In this document: positions 51,187 to 60,308 of the stretch, piece after piece
Layout: each line of letters starts with the position of its first letter
Numbering within the stretch: the stretch's first letter is position 1
Source of the DNA: Candidatus Thorarchaeota archaeon
Lineage (GTDB): Archaea > Asgardarchaeota > Thorarchaeia > Thorarchaeales > Thorarchaeaceae
NCBI GenBank assembly: GCA_019057475.1
Contig: DXJO01000039.1
Span: 38,640-102,639, forward strand
Direction of reading: 5' to 3'
DNA length: 64,000 bases
Translations under genes and position numbers: made by a program
The notes under the pieces: model-generated
What the model was told of the DNA's origin: nothing
The model's database searches: none
The model's input: the letters and a program-made list of their open reading frames with translations, nothing else

Positions 51187-51573
51187 CTACCACGTATCTG
51201 GGCTTTTTGGTTTCTTGTGGCCGCTACTCTTGCCGCCACTAAAGAGCTGGTCGCGCTTAATATAAAGGATGCAAATGATGGCCGGTATTGCGATAAAAAC
51301 TGGCACAAAGAGAAAAATCAATACGATGGCGCACCACAGCCCTGCATTGCTGGATTTCTTAGGTGCTTCAGTGTAGTCATAAAATTGGGTCTCGACCGGT
51401 CTAGGCGTTATCGGTGTTTCCTCTCTCTCGTCGCTCTCATGTGCACGGAAATGCTTCCCGCAGTTCTGACAGTCCATGAATCCTTCACTGTCGACCGCTT
51501 CAGCAGAATAGACATAGGGCGCTCCGCAGTTAGGGCAACTCAATCCGAACTCGTTGAATTCATTTGACACCAT
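51187..51573 (-). CDS. Zn-ribbon (MJ0042-like) membrane-anchored protein
   Basis: CPNC-x18-CQNC then hydrophobic LWCAIVLIFLFVPVFIAIPAIICIL. Confidence 0.8.
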   Translation of the reverse strand: MVSNEFNEFGLSCPNCGAPYVYSAEAVDSEGFMDCQNCGKHFRAHESDEREETPITPRPVETQFYDYTEAPKKSSNAGLWCAIVLIFLFVPVFIAIPAIICILYIKRDQLFSGGKSSGHKKPKSPDTW

Positions 51574-51735
51574 AACTCACCGGAATTCAGGCGCGTTGCC
51601 GCAGTATAAATTCATTCTGCTCACGTTTATTGCGAGGCAAACCCACGCCTTGATTATGGATTGCATACCTATACATCGTGGTGTTCAAACGGATTCATGA
51701 GCCATTTCTTGGTCCAATCATCGCTACAGTCAACC

Positions 51736-52197
51736 TCATGATTGTGGACCAATTAGTGTCGGTTTTCTGTAATACTCTCTTACCCTTGGAACAAGGAACA
51801 TCGCGGCATGGGCTATGGATAGCAACCATATAGCAAAGGCGTAGAACTGCAGAGATGAGAAGCGCCATAGACCGTCCACTAAAGTCAATATTCCAATAGC
51901 ATACAGAAAGACGTCAAAGGCTGAAGCAAGTAACAACCTGTAGTGACCCGGTCTTCGCAGCAAGGCGAGGACTGCAATGTCGAAGAAACCAAGTGCTGCT
52001 AAGTAGGGTTCATAGTGGGGACAGGACGGCGGGTGGAAAGGCGGGAGACCGGGACCTTTGATACATTCCAAGTACGCAAGGTGGGTTGCGTTCATAAAGG
52101 CAAATAGGTAAGCAATGCGGATAACACTCAGTATCCAAAGGACAAGAATCCCGAACGGTCTTGTTGTGTCTTCCCGAGCAGTCAATTCAGGTCGCAT
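51736..52197 (-). CDS. Hypothetical membrane protein
   Basis: RPFGILVL N-terminus, 4 TMs, PRVREYY C-terminus; start reassigned to ATG 52197. Confidence 0.7.
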   Translation of the reverse strand: MRPELTAREDTTRPFGILVLWILSVIRIAYLFAFMNATHLAYLECIKGPGLPPFHPPSCPHYEPYLAALGFFDIAVLALLRRPGHYRLLLASAFDVFLYAIGILTLVDGLWRFSSLQFYAFAIWLLSIAHAAMFLVPRVREYYRKPTLIGPQS

Positions 52198-52210
52198 CCT
52201 CGCACATGTT

Positions 52211-52762
52211 CTACTTTGGCCCCGGACCTGTCGACCTCTTGTGAACGGCCTTTCTGCTGCCGCCAATCCTGTCACGTTGGCTTATTATGATGCATATGAC
52301 GAGTGGTATGGCGAATATGATTGGCACGAAAAGAAGAATCACCAGGATGGCACACCACAGCATTGTATTGATTGGTTCTGATTCTCCTGACACCGCAGTG
52401 TCTTGATAGATAACGACCTCGTCACCCACTGCATCTATAACCTTAGCACAGTTCTGACACTTCACTCGCCCATCTTCCAGCCTCTGTTCATCCTTGTATA
52501 TGTATTTGGCACCACAATTGGGGCATTTTACATTGACACCCTCGACGGATTTAGTGGTTTCTACAAATGACGGCTCAATAGCCATGGGATCTTTCTCTGC
52601 AGATGTAGCCACCGCTCCCTCGTCGCTCATACGTACGAACATCTGCTTCGCGCAGTTCTGGCACTCCACGAATCCTTCATCGTCAATCTTCTCAGCAGAA
52701 TAGACATAGTTTGCCCCGCAGTTAGGACATTTCAATCTGAACTTGTTCAACTCCTCCGACAT
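52211..52762 (-). CDS. Double Zn-ribbon membrane-anchored protein (paralog of 51187-51573)
   Basis: Two CPNC-x18-CQNC units then LWCAILVILLFVPIIFAIPLVICII. Confidence 0.82.
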   Translation of the reverse strand: MSEELNKFRLKCPNCGANYVYSAEKIDDEGFVECQNCAKQMFVRMSDEGAVATSAEKDPMAIEPSFVETTKSVEGVNVKCPNCGAKYIYKDEQRLEDGRVKCQNCAKVIDAVGDEVVIYQDTAVSGESEPINTMLWCAILVILLFVPIIFAIPLVICIIISQRDRIGGSRKAVHKRSTGPGPK

Positions 52763-52803
52763 AACCTCTCACCACGTATCATAGTTAGTGCTGCATTATA
52801 AAA

Positions 52804-52833
52804 TGCCTGCTTAAGGTTTAAACTAAGCAGGCA
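52804..52833. repeat. Perfect 10-bp inverted repeat
   Basis: TGCCTGCTTA-AGGTTTAAAC-TAAGCAGGCA, directly adjacent to a TTTTATAA box. Confidence 0.7.
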
Positions 52834-52887
52834 GCAATTCATAGGTTGTGCAAAGAACGCCTTGCTCGGGCTCAATGCAAATAGTCG

Positions 52888-53142
52888 CTATTGCTCTTGA
52901 CCACCATCAACAATTTCTAGGTCCTCAATCCTCTTGAGCAGCTCAACCAGCACACACATGAAGATAACATCGAGAGAATGAGGCCTGTTGACCACGGTTC
53001 CCGCATCAGCATGCAGTGCGGCATACTCGAAGACCTTGTCGAGTCTTGTACGATCAGCCCTTCTGAGCTGTCGCCGGAAGTTCCTCCACTTCGCACTCTC
53101 TATGTCGATGACCTCTCGAAAGGTCCTGATGGTTCTACCCAT
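52888..53142 (-). CDS. Small helical MGRT-type protein (family usually encoded beside archaeal polB2)
   Basis: MGRTIRTFR...WRNFRRQLRRADR..LDKVFEYAALHADAG. Confidence 0.7.
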   Translation of the reverse strand: MGRTIRTFREVIDIESAKWRNFRRQLRRADRTRLDKVFEYAALHADAGTVVNRPHSLDVIFMCVLVELLKRIEDLEIVDGGQEQ

Positions 53143-53360
53143 GCCAACCGGTTTCCTGCTCTGGTGTTCTCACGCTTCTTGCGAGGGATTATGGACTCAG
53201 TTCCAGCTGGCCCGATTGGTGCGAGGCAGTCCAATCGGACGGACAGCATCCTGTATGGTAAGAACCGTATTGATACACTATTGAAATCGCTGTACAGTTT
53301 TGGCACACGAGATTGAAGAAAAGCTGTCAGAAATGATTTAGGATGTGAGAACGAAACCAG

Positions 53361-54596
53361 TCAAGGGCCGAGAACGAACTCCAAGAACTCCTGCACCAAA
53401 TCGACATGTTCACCAGGGACTATCAGATGATGGTTAGCCAAAGGTTTCTCAAGGAAGTAGTCTACAGGCTCTTCCAAGGATACGCGAATTTGGGTTCGAC
53501 AGTTGCCTTCAACTCCCAGATTTTCGACAAGCGTGCCTCCAGACACCCAAAACTGGGACAGATCGTTGCCAAAGACCTTGACGATGGTGACTTCTTGCGG
53601 TTTGAATCGACCCCTCAATCCAACACTCTTGCTCGTTTCAGCGTGACTGGTTATCTCGTAGCTATCGACAATTCCAAGCGGAACAGTGCAATGCGCAAAC
53701 GCAACCGAGTTATGGTCTTGGTCAACCTCAGTAACGTTCGCCATGAATGCGGATTGCCCCGTAAGGAACTTGACAAGCATCATTGTGAAAGTGCTAGGAA
53801 TGTCACCCTCGCAACCAGCGCTCAGGTTCTCTGTATCATTGATTTGAGAAAGGGCGAAGCACCCCGTGATGCCAGTTTTATGGAGAAGAGTGAAGCACTT
53901 GACCGTCACAGCATCTAGGCGATTCTGTTTCACAAATCGCTTCACTGCTTGAAACACACGATCTGCATCTCTTAGTGCCTTATCAGTCACATCAACACAT
54001 GCGGCACTGGATACGAATTCCTTGAAGCCCCCTTCTGTTTCAATCGGGGTCTCTTTGTCAATCAACTCCAAGAGGTCTGTCAATGGAAACTTCTCAACGG
54101 TTACACCCCAACGCTCTTGGACTGCGTATGTATCAACATGAGAAGCTACTAGCCAAGATGATGGTTCTCCTAGAATCCCGAGTCTACTCTGAGCTATTCT
54201 CTCTTTAACTTGGGAGAACCGACACCACTTACGTATCAGCTGAGCGAGCCTATCGAGTGGAGCGTGGACAATGCGCGATTCAAATCCTTGCGACGTGAGA
54301 TATGCTTTGATTTCCATAGATGCGGGCAAGGAATTCTGCTGTCCATAGCTCAGCAAGGAAATGGGCTGTGAAAGATGAGATTTGCTTAGGAACTTGATAA
54401 CATCTCGCTCGATGCCCCCAGTACCGATCAAAATGTAGTTGTGCTGGCGCAGCAATGATTGGTCACGCTTAGCTTCCGCAAGAAATTCATTGGAAGGAAT
54501 GATACGAGAGCCAGCTTCAGCGAACTTGTCCAGCACATTATCTCTTGCTTCTTCGTCTATGAATGATGAGAAGAAGGGAATGATATTGATGCCCAT
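53361..54596 (-). CDS. L-fucose/L-arabinose isomerase-like protein
   Basis: GTGG, QNSLPASME, DAVTVKCF, GCEGD, FMAN, AHCT, CRTQ, NHH. Confidence 0.8.
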   Translation of the reverse strand: MGINIIPFFSSFIDEEARDNVLDKFAEAGSRIIPSNEFLAEAKRDQSLLRQHNYILIGTGGIERDVIKFLSKSHLSQPISLLSYGQQNSLPASMEIKAYLTSQGFESRIVHAPLDRLAQLIRKWCRFSQVKERIAQSRLGILGEPSSWLVASHVDTYAVQERWGVTVEKFPLTDLLELIDKETPIETEGGFKEFVSSAACVDVTDKALRDADRVFQAVKRFVKQNRLDAVTVKCFTLLHKTGITGCFALSQINDTENLSAGCEGDIPSTFTMMLVKFLTGQSAFMANVTEVDQDHNSVAFAHCTVPLGIVDSYEITSHAETSKSVGLRGRFKPQEVTIVKVFGNDLSQFWVSGGTLVENLGVEGNCRTQIRVSLEEPVDYFLEKPLANHHLIVPGEHVDLVQEFLEFVLGP

Positions 54597-54751
54597 GTCA
54601 GAGTAGGGCCTTTGCCTAGAACATATTTCTTTGGGCCAACAGCCAAAGGTAATCTAATCCAGAAACCGGAAGATTTTCATGGAATGTGCATGCAAGTGTT
54701 AACTTCAGTGGCAGACCTGCTTTATCTGAGCAAAGCTATCGAGGTGAATAG

Positions 54752-55636
54752 ATGCAGACCGTCTTCAAGGAGAACTTCCCTTCAAAAGAGGAAGTTGCAG
54801 CGTTTTTAGAGGACACAACGTGTATGGATTGGCACGAGGCAATAATAGAGAAAGCGACAGCAGTTGCGTCCTCGATTCCGGAAGTTGAAACCATCTTGTT
54901 GAAGGGCTCGCTTGCCAAGGGAGAAGGAGACATCTTCTCAGACATTGACTTCCTCATTTTGCATATTGGAGATGATTCAACAACTACAAAAATCAGGAAA
55001 AAGATAATGAAGAAGCTGAGTGATATTGGCGCCGTCATTCACTATTTCTTCTCAACAGTCGATCAAGAAACCCCAATAATCTACTTCAAACCATGGGTCA
55101 AGTTCGAGCTTGCTATAGGCCTCGTAGAGAATGCGAAGAATCGCTGGAAGCACTCCTTTTCAAAGATACTGTATGATCGCAATGGACTGGGGGACGCAGT
55201 CGTAGAACAGGCATCCAAAGTGACATTTGATCTTAGTGACCACGTTCTTCAGATTAGCAACTTAGCCATTGCTCTGCCCAGCTTTGTCTACATCATTGCT
55301 GGATTTGTTGTGCGAGGGGAACACATTACGGCAATTGATGGTCTCGATTACGTCAGGAATGAGATGTTGACAGTAAATGGACTCCTGCTTGGATTATGGA
55401 ACGAGGGGCCCAGACGGGCTGGGAAGAGGTTTCCTGAAAAGGTACTCTACTATTACAACCGAACCAGGGTTGCGGAGGTTTCAGAGGTGTGGCTCGCACT
55501 CGGGTACCTACTGGATTGGTACGAAGATTGGCTTATTCCAAGGTTCGAACAACTGGAAACCCCACATGCTCGACATGAGATACCGACACTCAAGCTGATG
55601 TTGCGTCAACTCGAGAAGAAGACCCAAAGCACCTAG
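54752..55636 (+). CDS. Pol-beta-type nucleotidyltransferase with helical substrate-binding domain (ANT/Lnu-like)
   Basis: GSLAKGEGDIFSDIDF; KILYDRNG linker. Confidence 0.78.
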   Translation: MQTVFKENFPSKEEVAAFLEDTTCMDWHEAIIEKATAVASSIPEVETILLKGSLAKGEGDIFSDIDFLILHIGDDSTTTKIRKKIMKKLSDIGAVIHYFFSTVDQETPIIYFKPWVKFELAIGLVENAKNRWKHSFSKILYDRNGLGDAVVEQASKVTFDLSDHVLQISNLAIALPSFVYIIAGFVVRGEHITAIDGLDYVRNEMLTVNGLLLGLWNEGPRRAGKRFPEKVLYYYNRTRVAEVSEVWLALGYLLDWYEDWLIPRFEQLETPHARHEIPTLKLMLRQLEKKTQST

Positions 55637-55669
55637 GAGGGTTCGCAAGGGAATGGGAGGATCCCAAGG

Positions 55670-56305
55670 TTGAAGAAAGGTATGGACCCTGACGAGATGA
55701 GGGAACTCGTGAGAAAGGGGTACGATGAGGGTGACTACTTTGAGCACTACAGAAAAGACCTTGTAATTGATGACCTTGAGAAATGGTTGCTGAGGGAGTT
55801 CCTGCAGAGAGTTCCGAGTGGGGGAACAATTCTTGACCTAGGTTCAGGACCGGGAGTGCCTTTCGATAGGCATCTCGTTGATGAGGGGTTCTCAGTCACA
55901 GGGATTGACATTTCTGAGAAGCACATCAAGATGGCGATGAATCTCGTCCCCGAAGCTCGTTTTATCCACGGCGACTTCATGCAATACGCATTCGACGAGA
56001 AGTTCGACGCAATCGTATCCCTCTACACAATCTTTCACATTCCAAGAAGCTTGCATAGTGCCATCTTCAGGAAGATGCACGGATGGCTGAAGAAAGATGG
56101 CGTCATCCTTGTTTCGATGGGGACATCAGATACCCCCGTTGATGTGCAGGAATTTGTGGGAGCGGAGATGGCGTGGAGCTCATTATCCATTGATGACAAC
56201 CTGCGGCTAATAACAGTGGCTGGATTCGAAACCATGCTCACGGTTGATGATAACCGAAACTCCGATGAACATCATCTCTGGATACTCGCAACCAGGAAAG
56301 AGTAG
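55670..56305 (+). CDS. Class I SAM-dependent methyltransferase
   Basis: ILDLGSGPG, GIDISE, FDAIVSLYTIFHIP, LKKDG. Confidence 0.9.
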   Translation: MKKGMDPDEMRELVRKGYDEGDYFEHYRKDLVIDDLEKWLLREFLQRVPSGGTILDLGSGPGVPFDRHLVDEGFSVTGIDISEKHIKMAMNLVPEARFIHGDFMQYAFDEKFDAIVSLYTIFHIPRSLHSAIFRKMHGWLKKDGVILVSMGTSDTPVDVQEFVGAEMAWSSLSIDDNLRLITVAGFETMLTVDDNRNSDEHHLWILATRKE

Positions 56306-57680
56306 CGAAATGGTGCTATCCGCGATTCTCAAAATGCTTATAGCATTTGTAATCGAATACCGCTCAGACATCAATTGGGAGGGAAATGGAGTCGATGGCG
56401 GATGATTATGCATGCAGTAATGTGGATGATGATTCCACGGGAATAATAGTAGCCAAGTACTTCATGCATGGAGCGGCCTTCATTTATCTAGTAGTGATGC
56501 TTTTTGTAGCTTTGATATTCCTGGCGTTAATGATAGCAATCATGATTGTTCCTGGTGTCCAGTTGGGTGCTCTTGGTATCCTCGGTGTGGTTGTTGCATC
56601 TTTCGCGATTCTGTTCATGGCGGTTGGTTGGCTCAACGTACAGGTTTCGCAACACTTTTGGAAGATTCAGGTGAAACAGAAGTGGCTTAGCCTATTGGGG
56701 CACGGGTTTCTTCTCTTAATTGTCATAACCATCGCTGGAATACCCTCCATGTTAATCAATGCGATGATGATATCCGCAGATCTCTGGACTTACGTCAAGT
56801 TTCTCATTATTAACTTCCTCATCTATTCGTCAGTTATTGGATACATCTGCAAGCGTGTTGCTGAGGTATTTACGGACGACGAGTTGACAACATGTACCGG
56901 CTCCATGAGTGTCCTGGATCGAACAACTTCCCGCGGCCAATGTTCCCACTGTTGAGCGGTCTACATATACAACCATCCTCACGATTGATGACTACCGAAA
57001 CTCCAAAGAACATCATCTCTGGATACTCGCATCCAAGAAAGAGTAGCGAATCTTTCCTTGCATTCTCAAAATGCTTAAAGCACTAGTCTTCGATTGATAA
57101 TCAGGTATTGAGTGGGAGGAAACTGAAGTTGATGGCGGATGATTATGCATTCAGCAATGTGGAGGAGGATTCCACTGGGAAGATGGTGGCGAAGTACTTT
57201 GTTCACGGAGCCGTCTATTCGTTGCTGATGTTGGTGCTTGTGGTGGTGTGGGCATTTTTGATGATAATCATGGTGGCCTTCGGCTCCATCATTGGTCTTG
57301 TTGCATCTTTCGCGATTCTATTCATAATGGTTGGATGGCTCAACGCACAGATTTCGCAATACATCTGGAAGATTGAGGTGAAACAGAAGTGGCTTAGCCT
57401 GTTGGGGCACGGGCTTCTTCTCTTCATTGTTATAGCCATTGCTGGAATACCCTCCATGATAATCAGTGGGATGATGTGGTCCGCAGATATCTTCACTTAC
57501 GTCATGTTTACCATTGTCAATTTCCTCATCTATTCGCTAGTTGATGGATACATCTGCAAGCACGTTGCTGAGATATTCCCGAACGATGAGCTCACAACGC
57601 GTGCTGCCCCCACAAGTTTCCTAGAGCGAACGACTTTCCGCGGCCAATGTTCCCACTGCAGAGCGGTCTACATGTACAAG
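56230..57680 (+). repeat. Diverged tandem duplication, unit ~740 bp (56230-56972 and 56971-~57680)
   Basis: Both copies contain the last ~20 codons of the MTase (HHLWILATRKE*/HHLWILASKKE*), the spacer and the MADDYA.. membrane gene. Confidence 0.88.
56386..56955 (+). pseudogene. Truncated duplicate of 4-TM/Zn-ribbon membrane protein
   Basis: Paralog of 57132; AGA>TGA after CSHC and the duplication breakpoint remove the Zn ribbons. Confidence 0.65.
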
Positions 57681-57946
57681 CACTCAGTGATTGGACCAAG
57701 TGGCACTGTCAAGTGTTTCAACTGTGGGCAGCTATTTGCCCGAAGATTCCAGCTCAATCCCCCAGGCGGAAACCTTCCTCTCTGCCTACGGTTCAATACA
57801 CCATCATCGAATCCACCAAACTGCAAATCGTGTGTCCCTCCTGCGGCCAAAAGGGGGATTACAGTGACGAGGACGTATTTCTTGGATCCATAAGATGTCA
57901 TAATTGTGGCGCAACATTTAGTCCAAGTGGCGAAGGCAATCAGTAG
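57132..57946 (+). CDS. 4-TM membrane protein with two C-terminal Zn ribbons; frameshift near 57740
   Basis: First ribbon CSHC..CFNC in frame; second ribbon CPSC..CHNC lies in the -1 frame ending 57946, matching intact paralog 58611. Confidence 0.72.
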
Positions 57947-58536
57947 ACGCTCTGTGCGATATCCCTCAATACTCGATTGTTGGATACTACACCCCATCCG
58001 CAGAAGGGGAGTCGATTCCATCTATCAAAGGCTTCATGCATTATGGCCTGAAGGTCTGCGAAATAGAGTGTCAGCACAAGACCATGTGAAACCACAAGGA
58101 CCCGCTTTGAACCATGTTGTGACATCGTGTGCTGCACGCCCCTTTTCATTCGGGCTAAGGCGTCTGCGGCGCACTCCCATCCACTAGACCGTGAAGATGG
58201 ATTCTTCAAGACCTCCTGCACGCAGGAAAGGTGCTCCTCTCGGGTTAGGAAAGGACCGGCGTTTCGGTTGAGCTCTCTGAAATCGTGATTGGGATCTATT
58301 TCCAGTCCAAACATTCTGGCAAAAGGCTCGGCAGTCTCGATGGCTTTCATTTCATCTGATGACACTATTGCGTCAATCTCTCCAAGAATACCAGAAGCTG
58401 CCAGCTCGTAGGATTCACTTTGACCCGAGGATGCAAGATGCCATTTGCTTGCTGGCGAGTCCGGGTCAACTAGTGTTTCTGCGTGCCGCAGGAAGACAAT
58501 CTCAATGGGCATATCAATCCATTCCTTGACTGCCAA
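57940..58536 (-). CDS. Histidine phosphatase family protein
   Basis: FLRHAET, SS..KAIETA, LVVSHG. Confidence 0.88.
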   Translation of the reverse strand: MAVKEWIDMPIEIVFLRHAETLVDPDSPASKWHLASSGQSESYELAASGILGEIDAIVSSDEMKAIETAEPFARMFGLEIDPNHDFRELNRNAGPFLTREEHLSCVQEVLKNPSSRSSGWECAADALARMKRGVQHTMSQHGSKRVLVVSHGLVLTLYFADLQAIMHEAFDRWNRLPFCGWGVVSNNRVLRDIAQSVY

Positions 58537-58610
58537 CCCATGTCACGCAAGAGATTTATGGATTCAGTATAGGATTACCCAAGTCAGGTGGTTAGGCGGA
58601 GGAAGAGAAC

Positions 58611-59366
58611 TTGTCATTGCAGGCACCTGAATCCGAAGAACTGAGTGAGGTTCACAAACCTACTCTTATTGCAAAGTATTTTCTCCACGGAGCTGCCTAC
58701 GCTCTTCTGGTTGCCGGCCTCGTCATCGTCCGGGTATTCTTGCTGGTGGCCTTGGTAGTCATTGGCTCGATCTTGGGACTTCTGCTAGGGCTCTTAGTCC
58801 TAATCATGGGAGTTGGCTATGCGAATAGGTTGCTCTCAGGATACTTCTGGAAGATTGAAACGCAGACCAAATGGTCCAGTCTTCTTGTTCATGGACTAGT
58901 GCTCATGATTGCTCTAGGACTCGCAAGCGTCCCATTCATGATTCTTGAATTACTAGCCGGAACTTTGACGCCAGTCTTCTCCATCGTTGCGATTCCAGTG
59001 CTATTCGTAATTCATTCAATCGTCAATGGGTACCTAGGGAAAGCAGTAGCATTGATGCTACAAGAGAGCGATTCTTCATGGACACGTGCGCAGTCGATGA
59101 CGACGTACCGTGAGAAATGCCCATACTGTGAATCAGTTTATGTGTACAAGGCATCTGCTGTGAAGCGCGATGGGACGATAAAATGCTTCTACTGCAATCA
59201 TGGGTTCAAGGTGGAAACTCCGGTTGAAACGCAGAAGAAGCCAGATCTCATGTCGTCTTGGCGGTTCACCTGTCCGCGCTGTGGGCGTGACAGCCAATAT
59301 GAACGTGCGGAGATTTTCTACGGCAAGGCGAAGTGTCACCACTGCAATGAAACCTTTGACACATAA
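58611..59366 (+). CDS. 4-TM membrane protein with two C-terminal Zn ribbons
   Basis: AKYFLHGA, FWKIE, LLVHG shared with 56386/57132; CPYC..CFYC and CPRC..CHHC. Confidence 0.82.
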   Translation: MSLQAPESEELSEVHKPTLIAKYFLHGAAYALLVAGLVIVRVFLLVALVVIGSILGLLLGLLVLIMGVGYANRLLSGYFWKIETQTKWSSLLVHGLVLMIALGLASVPFMILELLAGTLTPVFSIVAIPVLFVIHSIVNGYLGKAVALMLQESDSSWTRAQSMTTYREKCPYCESVYVYKASAVKRDGTIKCFYCNHGFKVETPVETQKKPDLMSSWRFTCPRCGRDSQYERAEIFYGKAKCHHCNETFDT

Positions 59367-59374
59367 CTCTCGGG

Positions 59375-60178
59375 CTAATGACTGTCAATCTTTTCATTGA
59401 TTGGGCATGCGCCTTGGAACCAAGCAACGATTGAATTCACGGTGTCCTCGTAGGCTCGCGGATCTGATAGCACGTGGTTTGCACCTTCGATTATGACTAA
59501 TTCCTTTGGTTCGCCTGCCAAGTCGTACAGTCCGCGTACACCGTTGACATCTACTAATACGTCAGCATCTCCAGTTATGACGAGCAAAGGACGCGGCGAT
59601 ATTTTAGAAATCTCGTTTATGGGATTAAATCTACGCCCGTCATCCACCATACGATCCAGTATGCGTTTCCGCACCGAAGGGTCAACAAGTCCATGCATCT
59701 CATCCGGCGTTTCCTTGAGAATTCTGTTGACTTCAGGGCAGATGAGCGGCGAGAGGGCGAAGGCGTGAGTGTCATAGACCGGGGCTCTTAGGCACACTGC
59801 GCTGATGCGAGTATCGCTGGCAGCTGCACATACAGCCACAGCGCCGCCATAGCTTGCTCCATAGACGCCAACCCAACCTGGAACTACTAAATTGGAATTG
59901 ATGAGATGAGTTATGGCGCTCTTGGCATCAGTCAATTCCCCCGCCAGGCTGAAAATTCCCTCACTCCGTCGGAAACCCCGAAAGTCGAAAGTGAGCACCA
60001 GGAATCCTGCTTCCGCTAGCAGTGTGGAAATGCCGCTAACTTGGTTTGGGGATCCAGGCAGACCATGGAACTTGCATATGCTCGGAAATGGTCCATCTCC
60101 TTGAGGAATGACAAAATCCCCTCTAAGAAGCTCTCCCTCTGATGAGAACTCTGTGGGAATTGTCCTAACTCCCGGCAT
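59375..60178 (-). CDS. Alpha/beta hydrolase
   Basis: HGLPG, FDFRG, nucleophile GASYGG, D and GANH triad residues. Confidence 0.88.
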   Translation of the reverse strand: MPGVRTIPTEFSSEGELLRGDFVIPQGDGPFPSICKFHGLPGSPNQVSGISTLLAEAGFLVLTFDFRGFRRSEGIFSLAGELTDAKSAITHLINSNLVVPGWVGVYGASYGGAVAVCAAASDTRISAVCLRAPVYDTHAFALSPLICPEVNRILKETPDEMHGLVDPSVRKRILDRMVDDGRRFNPINEISKISPRPLLVITGDADVLVDVNGVRGLYDLAGEPKELVIIEGANHVLSDPRAYEDTVNSIVAWFQGACPINEKIDSH

Positions 60179-60308
60179 GGAATTTGGGGCGAGTCCATTT
60201 CTTATAACTCTAGTTGGAGAAAAAGACGGCTTACCAACCGACCAAACTCGCTATTACCTGAGCATATCGGGTGGCAAACCTGAATCAAGTTACACACGCA
60301 GACCTGTT

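Noticed and set aside
54752-55636. MNT-HEPN toxin-antitoxin or antibiotic resistance gene
   Set aside because: No separate HEPN partner and substrate cannot be inferred from motifs; kept as generic nucleotidyltransferase
56953-56955. TGA after CSHC as selenocysteine
   Set aside because: Aligns to Arg (AGA) in the paralog, not Cys, and homology ends a few codons later at the duplication junction
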